DNA of 64,000 nt, taken from positions 57,660,001 to 57,724,000 of the forward strand of contig CM060733.1 in assembly GCA_030704615.1 (NCBI GenBank), in the 5' to 3' direction. Of this stretch, positions 37,540 through 49,978 are shown one piece after another. The notes beneath the pieces were generated by a model. That model did no database searches. It was not told the origin of the DNA and was given only the letters and a program-made list of their open reading frames with translations. Position 1 is the first letter of the stretch; each line of letters opens with the position of its first letter. Both the position numbers and the translations under genes were made by a program. This stretch comes from Takakia lepidozioides (taxonomy: Eukaryota > Plantae > Bryophyta).

Positions 37540-38660
37540 CTAGCACATCCGCCGGCGCAGATGCCTAAGTCACTTCAAGTCTCACAAGTTTGCGAATCTC
37601 CACACATACACACAACCGTCTCCGCCGGCGGAGACAGCTCATTCCCCTTGGTTTTTTCTGATGCTTGGAAGGGCTGGGCTGCCACCTCCGCCGGCGCATA
37701 CCGTTGGAGCTGGGATGCTCGCATGTTTCAGGAAGTGCTCCTCTACTCCCATCCCGTTTATTTTTTTGCATGCTCATACGTTGCTGATGCTCCGAGCGGG
37801 TTGGGCTGGCGTATCCGCTGGCGCATACCTGTGCAGCAGGGCTGCTCAAATGTTTCAGGAAATTCTCCCCTTTTCCATCTTCTTTGTTTTTCCGCATGCT
37901 GATGCTCCGAGTGGGCTGCGCTGGCATATCCGCCGGCGCATACCCATTGAGTACATTTTTTTTTGCTCAGATCATAGGTTTCAGGAACCTCCTGCAAGCG
38001 TCTCCACCGGCGGAGACACTTGGAGCTTGGTTTTTTTTTGCATATTCCCTGTGTTACGGAAGCTCCAAAGCGCCAAGGCTGCCACCTCTGTCAACACAGA
38101 CCCGTGCAGCAGGGCTGCTCACATATTTCAGGAAGTTCTCCCCCCCTTCCATCTCTTTTGTTTCTCCGCATTCTCATAAGTTGTTGATGCTCCGAGCGGG
38201 CTGGGCTGCCATATCCGCCGGCGCATACCCATTGAGCACAATCTTTTTTTGCTTAGCTCCTAGGTTTCAGGAACCTCATGCAAGCATCTCCGCCGGCGGA
38301 GATGCTTGGAGCTTGGTTTTTTGTTGTATATTCCTTGTGTTACGTAAGCTCCAAAGTGTCGAGGCTGCCACCTCCGTCGGCGCAGACGCTTGGGGAACCT
38401 TCCCTATTTTGGTTGATCACAGTATTCAAGTATCTCAAAGCTTCTACGTTGCCACCTCCACAACTCCACAACTCCACATGCTTCCATAGGCCTAGTTTGA
38501 TCTTTCAAGGTGCTCCTGTATGTTTGGCTACAACCTCCCTTCCATGGTATGCGCCGGCGCATATGCTTGGAGCTCCTTGAGCAAAAATTTCTTCAAGGGC
38601 CTCAAATCTTGTCAAATTTTGAGTTGGTTGCACATATGTGTCATATGCGCCGGCGTAGGT
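37540..38660. repeat. Degenerate repeat array with T[CG]CGCCGGCG[CG]A palindromes inside the MULE
   Basis: About 11 copies (e.g. ~37548, 37619, 37687, 37813, 37929, 38001, 38215, 38288, 38373, 38549, 38645). A ~286-bp duplicated block spans ~37900-38180 / ~38185-38400. Confidence 0.85.
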
Positions 38661-38877
38661 GGTCGGAGGTCCTCTGTCGGGATGCTCACGCCTGTATTCT
38701 GCTGCAAGTTGTAAGCTTTGAAAGACAAGGATATTCATGGAATTAGTTGACTATCCAAATTCATTTGTTTTCTTCATGCAACCATGACACTGAACTGCTC
38801 TTTTTACATATTATACATTCACACATGTGCTCTTCTCATACACTGACATCTTGAACTGTTTTGGTCTATGGAATTAG

Positions 38878-41800
38878 GAAATTACTACTACAACTGAAGC
38901 TGTGGAGGCCGGGACGCTTGCAACCATTATTGACGACATTGATGCAGGGAATTGGGGGGCAGATGAGTATGAAGAGGATACAACATCTAGTGATCCTCTT
39001 TCTCTAGATGCCAAACAGGCAATTATTCTGGAAAAGAAACAAGATCTGAATGTAACTTTCAGGTCCCTCCTCATTGAGGATGGAGTTATGGACATTCCAT
39101 TGTGTCGCATGATTTCTATGCAGGTTGTTAGGCCCGCCCTTGCCAACGACATCCTAAAGCTTAGAGGAGACTTCTATTCTGGATACCATCCAGGAGCAGC
39201 CGTGTTCTATGTTTCTGTTGAGGGGATTGATGGATCTACTGTAGATGTAGGTCCTGATATCATCTCTACATGGGATAGTCATTGGAAAATAGTCAATGAT
39301 GAGTTTGAGAAGTATCTTGAGTCCAAGCCAAAGTTGCATCATCTTCGGGGGAAGATGTTTCATGTCTGGGATGGGAATCATAGGCTTCAAGCATGGTATC
39401 CCTATATCAATGAAGTTTATGGGGCCAACTTGTCAAGACATGTCTGTGTGACAAGTTGGGTGCTCAATACATCCAAATTTGTGCACTTGGTTTGCAAGGT
39501 CAATATGATTGGCCTTACACCTGTCTCTGAATGGAAGAATGTATTGAGGAAAGAGCAATACGACGAATGCATCAAGAAAGCAGGAAAGACTTGGTATAAC
39601 CTGACAGTCCATGCAATGACAGAGATTTTGTACAAGGTAACATCATGTCTTAACCAAGTTTCATTCTTTGCATCCATAGACAAGATTCACCTCTGGTTCA
39701 TGTTATGAACTGTTTTGGTTCTTTTGGCAGCATGATATTGTTGAGGCCCAACGCATGGCGGGGGAAGCTTACAAACTTGCTGAGGGGCCAAAGAGTCAAG
39801 AGGGCCTTGAAGATACAATGAGACAGGCTGGATTGAAAGCAAGGGAGCAACACAAGAGTCAGCTTGTGAAGTTGCTTCCTATTGCTGATCCAACCCTTGG
39901 AGAGGGGTTTCTCCAAGAACTTAAACTGCATTGGTCACGTGTAAAGGCAGGATCAGAGGAAATGACCCAAGAGAAAATGGTGAACATTGCTACCGCCCGG
40001 GTGGATCCTGAAGAAAAGGTGGAATGGCTACATATATGGAATGGAGACCAAACACTTCACGACCGTAATTTTTTTCCACCCGGGCCTATCAGTGGGCCAA
40101 CACTTGATCCTTGGCTGAATAGAAGGACTTTTTGGTGGCAGGTACATATACAATCACTATCTTCTCAATGCAATTAATTCATTTTGTTGATGACACATTA
40201 ACATAGTTATTTAACTGACTGTATTTTCTGGCAGCTTCGCAAGGTTGCCTTGGCTCAGTTTGCCTTGTACACCACTCAGCTTGGCCAATTTCATGTTGCC
40301 TTGGAGGAAGGAGAGAGTGAGAGTCTGGGAGACTACATGGATACATGGAAGATGACTCATTTCAATGAGTTGTTTCATAGAGAGTTCTCATTGCCAAAGG
40401 GGCCATTCAGAGGCAATGATTGGGAACAACAAACAGGTGGGGAGAAGGTGGTGAGACGGATTTTATTCAGGTACCATCTTTCCATTGCATTGTACATGGA
40501 TAGTGTATACACCTTGTAAGTCAAAAATGTCTATGCTTCAAGTATTTTTCTAGTATATTGGGATATACATGTTTCTTAATGTGCTTGTTCAATTGTTGAA
40601 CAGTTGCATAAATATTTGTCTCCACAATAACTTTGAATGTGTTGTATTTTAGGTACATGAGATTTGTGCTTGTACCGAGTGATCGACTTAAGGCTGAGCC
40701 CAAGTTTCTGATGGCCTGGAAGTTTGGTGCTCAACAAGCTTCCATGTACACACCTGCAATTGAGGAAGATTGGGGTGTGGAACACCGGGAAGGGGGGGGT
40801 TGGTATTTGGATATGCCCAAGGGTACTATCCCCTATGCAGAAATGGGACTTCATAAGGAATGTGTTCGCAGGCAGTCAGTGAGTGATGAAGGGGGTATCT
40901 CCACTGAAGTCCCTGTTCTGGAGCATGCAGAACAGATTGCTACACAGGCCGCTGACGCTGTAGCCCAAGTGGTCCCTGCCGTTGTGGGTGTACCAAAACG
41001 CAAATTGCTGGCTTCTATTGCTGGTGGTGTACCTTCAAATGTACTGCTATGAAGGCGCAGTGCAGTGTCATTTTCTGGTGGTGCACCTAGCATGTTCGCA
41101 TTTTTTTCATTGATATGGTGGAGGCCTCAAGTACATCTCCTGATGCGACCTTGAAAGAGCTCATGGAGTTCTTAAAAAATGTGAGTTTCCCCCAACAAAC
41201 AAACTTGAATGTAAGGAATTCTTCGATGTTTTTATATCCTCATCATCCGGCTATTGACTCCTACATTTTCTGTATGTTGTTTGCAGTTGCCAGGAACTTG
41301 GTCTAGTGTTGTGGATGGAAAAAGCGTGCATGTGGCTGTGGACATGATCATCGTGGACTGCCCAACAGGAATGCCTGTACAGGGCTGTTTGGATGGTGTA
41401 CAGGTTCCTCCCTGGAATGCTTTTGATAAACGGTATTGGGAGTATGCATTCTCCATTGCTAATGACCTGTTGGATGACAATGGATGCTTGGTGTTCTTGC
41501 AGGGCTCCGATGATTCATTTGCATTGGAGCTCTTTTCTTACTCCAGGGGCAGCTCTATTTCCGTATTATCAAGGAAATATACTTGCATCAATACCACCCC
41601 TCTACACACTCAGACAGGAAAGGTAAAAATCATCCCTCTTCAATATCTCATTGTTTGATGTTTCATCTTCCTACTCTCATACATATTATTTAAACCATCC
41701 GGGTGCACTGTTTTTGTGGAAATGGCACGTCTAACAGACCATGTTCTTCCACGCCCATGTCCTCACCAAGCAAGGAGGACTATTCAAACTGCGTGAGTCT

Positions 41801-42323
41801 GGCAAAGTTGTGGACCCCCTTGCAGACCCTGTTGAGTTGGATGCCATCTACAACCACATTCCAGATGTTGCACTACCCATGCAAACTCCTCAACAAGCCT
41901 GGAGGGGTGCGCGAGACCGTAGTCCCGCCTTCATGCAAGTGTTGTTGGAGACATGCTCACCTCCTAGCTCCCGCATTTTGGATCTCACAGCTGGCACAGG
42001 TTTGCATTGGTCTCCATTTTGTAATTAAAATCTTCTGAGCTGATTCATGATCATTAACTGTTATCTGATATAATATCATCATTGCATGTTTTTTTCCTGC
42101 AGGTTCTACATTTATTGCTGCCCGCGAGTATGGACGTCACGTATTTGGTCTTGAGGGGGACCAGACGTTGTATGCAGCACGTCTCTCTGCACTTCAAAAT
42201 ACTCAACCCGTTTTGGTTTCATCTGTGGTAACTCCAACCATTCAACGTCCTGTGAGTTTGTTGGAACCCCCCGCTCCTAAGGTGGCGCGCAAGCTTGGTC
42301 TTCATCTCGGCAGTACTTGCTAG
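38878..42323 (+). pseudogene. Spliced ParB/Srx-like domain plus beta-class amino (N6-A/N4-C) DNA methyltransferase fusion gene
   Basis: Exons 38878-39636 (MFHVWDGNHRLQAW), 39731-40141, 40235-40470, 40653-41180, 41287-41622 (VDMIIVDCPTG), 41738-41999 and 42103-42323. The last two splice to RILDLTAGTGSTFIAAREYGRHVFGLEGD. All GT-AG. Stop/frameshift lesion at ~41040-41110. The first exon is not located. Confidence 0.82.
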
Positions 42324-43644
42324 TGAGTATGTCTCGCCTCCATTCCCTTTGTTGCAATCTCTATATTATTTGCAAAGCAAACCATTCCTATTTGATTTGT
42401 TAACATAAGTATACATGTATGTGTGATGCAGTGATGGGATTGTGCGGACCATCTACGATAGTCTACCCCAAAGTCCTCTTTCATCGTTTTATCTACCTTC
42501 GTATGCCGAGTCCCAAGCTTTGCATTCAATACATCAACAACGTGATGTAGGTCTTTCCAATGATCTCTTGTTTGACCGAAGAGCAGCTATTGTTGGACAA
42601 TCCGTGGATAGGTTGCGTAGAGTTGAGGCTTTCATGGATGTGTATGCCTCTGAATCACAGGCTTATGACACGGATGATGAAGTATCAGCTGATGATGTTA
42701 TGTAGGTAATTAGAAATTACATATACTTCCTCATTGTCAGTCCGAATTTTTTGTTATTTTTTATGATACATGTATTTCTCTCTAGTGTAAGGTAAAACAA
42801 ATGGGGCAAATGACATGGTGTTGAAATCAGATTTCATGTTATCTTCCTGTCATTTGATTTATCTATGTAATAGTTTGTACATAGATCTCTACTGCATTTC
42901 ATAGATCCCTTTACCTTAATGCAAGTTCGACATGCACTTCAGCACTATCAAATTTCATCATTAGTAAGATCAACCCTTATGAGTATTGTGGCATGTTATG
43001 TACACACAGGGTGACTATCTTTATCTCATTAGTGTTTCATTTCATTAGTGTTTCAAGTCTGAATGGGTAGTGTAGTGGTATGAACTAGGCTTGATACCCG
43101 ATAGGTTGTGGGTTCTATCTCTGATGGACATTATGTTTTTGTAAAATAAAAATGTTTCAGAAGATAGATATATAGATACTGCAAAACCTATGTAACAAAG
43201 CTCCCTAGCATTGTCAAGCTCCCTAGCATTCCCTTAGCATTGCTCCATTCTGAACTTCAAACTAGACTCCCACCATTGGAAGAGCCCGTACCTTCACCAT
43301 TTGTATCTAACAAGGAGCCGTGCCTCGTCACTTTTTAATTTTTCGACCTTTTTTCTCATGTTGGAAAGCCATAAAAGCAACATGTTCATCTCCCATTCCT
43401 ACACTCACCCATGTGGAATAATAATACAATGAATATGGAATATTCTATATAGAATATTCTTATTCCATCCTTTGATATTTTGACTATAAACCCTAAGATT
43501 AGATGAATCACAATTTTTTTTTTTTTTTTTGGGTACCCTTATTTAAATGTTGTGCATATAAAATTGTTCCTATGCATATCTAAAATTTGTATGCACGCAT
43601 ACATTCCTCCATATGCATGCATTTGTGTGCGCATATAGTATAGG

Positions 43645-45690
43645 CTACCTCGTATTCCCATAGTCAATTTCCAGTATCTCCCTAATGACACCCACGTATC
43701 GCAGGCTTTCTACCACGTCCTCTCGTGCACTGTTTGTAGATACATGGTGGAAAACAGATGACACCCCTGAGTCATATGACACTCTACTTGTGCCAATATT
43801 GGTTGAAGACACCCTGTAGTGGTTTCTATAAGCTGACATGCTATTGTATGAAGTTGCAATGATCGAGGGAGGCCTGGACAAGTCCAACATTTGGCAATAC
43901 ATGGGATCAGATTCGGAATTGGGAATCCTTGCCACATGTGAGCGCACAGCATCAACCAGCCAGTCTGCATATTTGGGAGGAAGAGCCAAGTCAGGTGGGT
44001 ACTCATAGTCCTCCCCGTGAGCTGCCCTCCCTTCAGCACGTTCTTCCTGCAGAAACAACCAGCGACTTGCCTCCACACATGCTCGAATTGTTTCATACAT
44101 CCTGACATATATGAATGTGTCCCTCCCGTGAGAACCAACACGTGCACATAATGCAATTACATGACAACCAGCAACTACAAACAGGCATAAACAGGAAGGG
44201 AATGAACTGTTGCATTGTCACCTTTGTTAATGAGCTTCTCACTTACTCGAACATGGTTCGCATGCTAGGATAGTTTTCAATGATGTACTGGTGGAGAACT
44301 GAACACAGTTCTGCCGTGAATTTGCGGGGTTTCCCTGCTCCTTCCAACACGCAGCCAGACACGGATTCCTCCTCTCCGTCTAGTAGCATCAAAACTGGCC
44401 ATGTACTCTGTGCAAAAGCCAAGAGCCTCCTCAAACATGTAGCCCTCGGCCATACTGCCTTCAGGCTTTGCCATGTTGCGAACGTACCCTTTGTAATCCT
44501 TCATAGTCCACTCCACAGGGTACATCCATCGGGAGGTCACAGGGCCACACAAATCCAGCTCGTCAACTAGGTGAATAAGCAAATGCGTCATTATATCAAA
44601 AAAGAGGGTGGGAACTCTTTTTCAAGGAGGCAGAGTGTGACAGTCACCTCCTTCTTCAGCTCTTCGTGCTCGCTGGGATCAACCACTTTTGCACAGAGTT
44701 TGCGAAACACTCGGAATACTCGCAATATGGCATTTCGTACGCCCTTAGCCATTAAACCACGTAGAGCAAGAGGGAGAACTTGCTGCATAAGCACATGGTA
44801 GTCATGTGACTTTAATTGTGAGAGTTTTTTTTTAACAACATGTTTTTTAAAGGCAGATGCATACCCCGTTGGCACTTTCAGCTTTGTAATTGTGTTCAGG
44901 AATACCCTCAGCTCATCTCCTGTGAGCACATACGGCGCTGTGGGCATCACGAATGTGTTCTCCCTCGTGGGATGCCTTTGCAACCACAGGTGGAGACGAA
45001 TGCCTTGTAGCTCAAAGTCACAACGCACCTTCATGGTATCCTTTTCCCCAAAAATTGTCTTGATGATATTTTCTGTGACATTCTTCTCGCAATGCATCGT
45101 GTCAATGGTGTGGCGGATCAGTAGGTGCTGCAATTCATGTGCCAAAATGATTCACAATAAAGTCAAATGGTGACACAAATATGCCAACACACTAACACAC
45201 ATCTGTGAATAAAAAACAAATGCACAAATATGCGAAATAGACAAGCATGAGTGAGGAGTCCCCGTACCTCCCAATAAGGCAGACGATACAGAATGGACAG
45301 CCGCTTGACACCATGGATTTTTGAGGGATCAGCCTCTGCGATTGATTCCTCATCCTCAACCCATTTTGAGTATTCCTCAACACGCGTCTTGATTTCACTG
45401 CCCGTCAGGAGCAGTGGAGCATCTCTCATTTCTCGTTCGCCATCGAAGAACCTAGATCTCCTATATGCATGGTCGGTGGGAAGAAATCTCCGGTGCCCCT
45501 GGAATATAATTTTCTGACAGGCTGCCGAATACCGCGAATCAACTCCAGAGCCACAGGCAGGGCAACCTACATAGCCTTGGTGAACTTGACCTGCTAGCAG
45601 GCCGTACGCTGGGAAGTCGTGTATGCACCACATAAGGATGGCCCGCATGTTGAAAGCCCGTTCATCACGAATGCTGGCCACATCATGGGC
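43645..45690 (-). pseudogene. CACTA/EnSpm TnpD transposase, central and C-terminal part (end of Transposase_21, DUF4218)
   Basis: RAILMWCIHDFPAYG...CPAC...GHRRFLP; RHTIDTMHCEKNV; LKSHDYHVLMQQVLP; MTHLLIHLVDELDLCGPV..RWMYPVE...PEGSMAEGY. Confidence 0.92.
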
Positions 45691-46141
45691 TCTTCTCCTG
45701 TCCCATAAGCTCTTTGAGCTTTCCAAGGACGTTGTAAAGTATCCTGACATTTGGGTCAGATGCGAGCGCTAGCTGAAATACCAAATACCACGCTTTGGCT
45801 TCTCTCCCACAATCCTGCATTGGACGCCCCATGGAAGGTGTTGTAAACCCTAAAGCAACCACCAGTTCCCTGAGTATAACATGACAAAGAAAACATAATG
45901 GAGGAGATGACAAACTAATGCACCCCTCAACCCTAAAAGTGTAGCCACTTTCACGACCCGCGACATGCGGCGATCTCCCGCCCACTCCACCATGCGAGCA
46001 TAACCTACACTGCGCTCTCACTCATCTCATCCTCTTCATGGTGTCTTAGGAACTCACAAAGCTACCTACATTGCATGAAATCAAGCTCCGCAAGCTGCAA
46101 ACCTCTGCGGAAAGAGTGACTTTGATAGTTCAAAAGTGAAC

Positions 46142-46260
46142 TCACTGTGCTATGTCTTTCAGCAACTCCGCTTCAACGAGCTTGATGCGAGCAATGTTAG
46201 CTTCTCTTAGCCTCTCATAGTCGGTAATGGGTGCAGTGGCCGCGTGCTTGACCATCGCAT
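46142..46260 (-). CDS. Probable first exon of the CACTA second gene (TnpA-like), in the inverted segment
   Basis: ITDYERLREANIARIK resembles the YE..R..NI.R motif common at the N-terminus of CACTA ORF2 proteins; GTGAG donor near 46141-46145. Confidence 0.45.
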
Positions 46261-46360
46261 GAGCACATCGCCTCCCTAAACGCAACACGACGATCAAGAT
46301 GTATAGAGGGAGGGGGAGGGGGGGGGGGTCGAGTGTGACAGGGGATAGGCAGAGAATGAG

Positions 46361-48153
46361 TTGCGAGACCACAACCTGTGGAGGTTTGAGGATGCCTACA
46401 CCACAGCAAACAACCTGAAGAAAATGTTTTGTAGTTGCTCAGAGTTCCATGGTGGCAAGTGGCAGCTACGCAAGACAATAAAGAATCACCTCCTCTTGCA
46501 TCACAGGGACCCGAACCTGAGGTACCCTACAATTCCGGTATGCACTCCATACTTACTCCACACGCATTTCCGACCTGATGTCTCTGCTCAAGATGGGGTC
46601 CCATTTTTTGAGATCACCGCCAGTCAGGAGCGCCGACTGCCTAACAAAACACGTGTCTCACAGACGTTGGCTGTGGGGCCGTGGGTAGTCATGGCCATGA
46701 CTACACTTTATGCCGTCTGTAGTCCTAAGCACGGCTACACCTGTTTTTACGATCGCGTGACATGTGTCCTAACCTCCACACATGCACCAAAACACTTCAA
46801 GTAGATTCACGGGGGCGTTTCAATCCTAGATTAGACTAACGTTGCGATTAGAGTTCGAGGATGAACCTCAAAGACAACCTTGGATCCGCAAGGATAAGTA
46901 TTGATAATAGCCAAGCGCATTGTTGAACTGTTGAAGTGAATGAATCAAGCACAATTCCAAGAAGCAAAAAATGGCTTCGTTCCTGAACAGTATTTGAACT
47001 GGCCCAAGGCATACCAGCTGACAACATTGACTTGTCATTTTGCGTTTACTGATGTATCTGCACTGCTAAGTCATGCTTCAGTGCTGCAAATTGCAGGCTC
47101 ACATTATGTATGATGAAGACAGGGAGGAAGGACCGTCCAGTCCTACACCTGAAACGAGGGGTGTGGGCGAACCTGACCAAGAACAACTTTTACAACAGGA
47201 GATGCAACGTGCTTTGCAAGAGGCTTTTGAAACAACTGACAGAATAAGAAGGGACGCGACTTGTCAAGCGAATGAAGATGAATTTGGCATTCCCCATACA
47301 AGCACTGAGGAACCAGGCAATGCCACAAATTCGACGGGGTTGCACGACGGAGGTGGGATGGCGACGGAGGATGAGAGGCAACAATATGAGGGAGACTACG
47401 ACAAAATATTCAGTGAGTCACATATTCCTTTGTATGAAGGGTGTCATCACAGTAGATTGACAGCAACTTTGATGCTGCTGAATTGTTGCACGACCCACAA
47501 GTGTAGAAATGCGTTTGTGGATGAGCTCTTGTCATTACTGAAGGATTCATTTTTGCCTAAAGAGAATGCGTTACCGAAATCACATTACGAGGCAAAAACA
47601 ATGATCGCCAGGATGGGGCTAGCATACAAACAGATTCATGCCTGCGAACAAGGTTGTGTGTTGTTCTGTGGAGAGCTTGAAAAAACGGAGCCAAAATGCC
47701 AAAGTGGAAGGTATTTTGCAGGTCGTGGGAAGGTGCCTAAGAAAGTTTTGCGGCACTTCCCTCTCATACCCAGGTTGAAACGAATGTTTAGAGTGAAATT
47801 GGTGGTAGAGCTCATGAGTTGGCAGATCAATCACAAAAGCAAGGATGGGCTCATTCGTCACGCTGCAGACAACAAAGCCTGGTCGCACATTGACAACACT
47901 TGGCCGGAGTTCGCATCAGATCCACGCAACGTGCATCTTGGTTTGGCATTGGATGGGGTGAATCCTTATGGCGCAAAATCCACGAGTTGGTCAACGTGGC
48001 CCATCCTACTACAATTTATCTCCTTGGTTGGTGACTAAGAAATTCTTTGTCATGTTGTCGCTGCTCATTCCAGGGAAGGAGTCCGTGAAGATGGAGAACA
48101 TTGATGTGTATCTCGAACCCCTCATGGAGGAGCTGGCGGAATTGTGGGTGGCA
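46361..48153 (+). pseudogene. CACTA/EnSpm TnpD transposase N-terminal part (transposase-associated domain plus Transposase_21)
   Basis: MFCSCS...IKNHLL; LPKSHYEAK...IHACEQGCVLF...KVLRHFPLIPRLKRMF...FASDPRNVHLGLALDGVNPY...STWP...YNLSPW...IDVYLEPLMEELAELW. Frameshift near 48005. Confidence 0.93.
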
Positions 48154-49166
48154 TGAAAGAAGAAAAGAGAGTGCCTTGTACCAAATGAGAGGGTCTCTCT
48201 CTGTCTAGGTGGTTTTTGAATGCTCCTAGACATCTTGCAAGTTTGATATGGTAGGTTTTTGTCATTGCGTGAAGGCTTTCATTGTCTCGTGTAGAGTGTC
48301 AAGATGTTATATCATGTCATGTTAGTAAATTATCGTTCAGTACGTGGCTGCATTTTGACTTTGTTGGCTGATTTGCAGGAAGCCCATTGCGGGCGATCAG
48401 TCGAGCTGCAAGAAATCTAGGAGTTGTCTGTGAGCAAAACAATGACATCAGAGAGAATGGTGAGTTGTTTGTAAATCTCAACTCAGTTGCAAAAGAGTTT
48501 GCATGTGTCAGTGGTGTGCACCCATTAGGATGTGTGAGCGGGTCCATTCGATTGCACAAGATTCCTTTAAACCTCCACTTCATGACAACATTTATTTGCA
48601 TGCAACATCGTGGTTGTGGTGATAATTTTTTTTCTCATTCAATACTGCTGTTGTTGGCAGGAGGCAAGTGAGGGCTATTGTAGTATCGTGCGCAAAGTCG
48701 AGGAGCTAGGAAAAGAAACCACAAGTCAGCGAGAAGACATCATCGATTTGAAGGCTTGTGTCTCACAGATGATGCTTTACCAAAAAATGATAGCCAACAA
48801 GTTTGGCATCTCTATATCAGTGTCTCCGGCTGTGGGGACCTCTGCAGCAGCCAGCAAGTGCATAGACGTAGCTCGCACATCCAGGCGCCTAGAGGACAAC
48901 TTCGAGACACCCCCTGCAGTTGCATCAGTGTCGTCTCCTCCCGGTGTCTGTCATGATCAATTGCAAGTGGGCAATTCCCCCTGCGATGGCACGGGAGATG
49001 AGGACGCAGACAAATTACCTGGCATAATGAAGGATCCCGTACCTGTGTCTGGCTTCATGGATCCCATGTCAAATGTAGCATGCCTTGATTCAGAGACAGC
49101 TGGAGAATCACTGGGCATGAAGGGGGATGATTGTGCAATTGATCTTGGTTCCCCTCGGGTTGTCCC

Positions 49167-49901
49167 TCCACTCCCCATTATTTGTTGAAGAAGAAGGACA
49201 GAGATCCGACCAGTGCAAAACATTTACTGATTCTAGATGTAAATGGCTTGCTTTGTGAGTGCGTACATATTGGTAGTGCTGCAGGGTATATTCCAGATGG
49301 CTTTGTTGGCAGAACCTGTGGCAGTAAAATGGTGTTGATGAGGCCTGGCTGCATTGATTTTTTGAACAAGTGTTTTGCGCATTTTGAGGTGGCAGTGTGG
49401 TCTTGCATGACACTTCGCAACTTCCAACCTGTTGTGGAGTGGATTTTCCGTGGCCGGCCTAATCTTGTGTTTCAGTGGGATGGTGCTTACTGTGAACAAT
49501 CAAGTGAGAGAAATGACAGGCACCCATCTAAGCCTATCTTTTTCAAGAACCTGTCAACAGTATGTCGCGAATTCTCTGTATGGAATGAGAACAACACTCT
49601 TCTTGTTGATGACACTCCACACAAAGGGAAGAAGAATCCTGCCTTCACTGGCATATTCCCAGAGCCTTGAAGAAGTGGGGCTCCTGGGGCGACTTCTGAC
49701 CAGTTCCTCAATACAAAGTTGTGGCCTTTCTTGGAGGGGACAGCAAAGGCAGCCTCAATTACAGAGTATGTGAGGGCCCATCCTCGGTTTGGACAAGCTT
49801 CACATAACACCCTCACAACCCAGCACCCGCAGGTAACTCCAGATTGTACGCGTCATGCCATTGTGTTGCCTAGAGGTAAATACTTTATGCAAACACAGTG
49901 A
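49167..49901 (+). pseudogene. FCP1/SCP-like (NIF, HAD-fold) phosphatase domain within the CACTA second-gene region
   Basis: KHLLILDVNGLL...MRPGCIDFL...FEVAVWSC...KPIFFKNL...NTLLVDDTPHK...NP; in-frame stop at 49668-49670. Confidence 0.82.
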
Positions 49902-49978
49902 ATTGTATGTCAATGCAATGTGGAATGCTAGGTGTGTAGCTTTGTCTAGTTTAGCATTTGTCTAGTTTTAGTTTGTGT

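Larger units (their letters stand above)
32170..43651. mobile_element. Complete 11.5-kb Mutator-like element carrying a transposase and a ParB-methyltransferase gene
   Basis: 9-bp TSD GTATTCCCA at 32161-32169 and 43652-43660. Ends GGGGGTTGCTATTCCATATGCACA and (reverse complement) GAGGTAGCCTATACTATATGCGCA match 17/24, with further ATGCA-rich similarity over ~100 bp. Removing the element restores the TnpD reading frame. Confidence 0.9.

Noticed and set aside
38878-42323. Prophage or bacterial contamination as the source of the ParB-MTase
   Set aside because: The gene has several GT-AG introns, lies inside a TSD-bounded plant transposon and has no phage neighbours.
42442-42705. 87-aa ORF after the MTase stop as a third element gene
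   Set aside because: Short, non-ATG start, and no clear homolog in copy 1.
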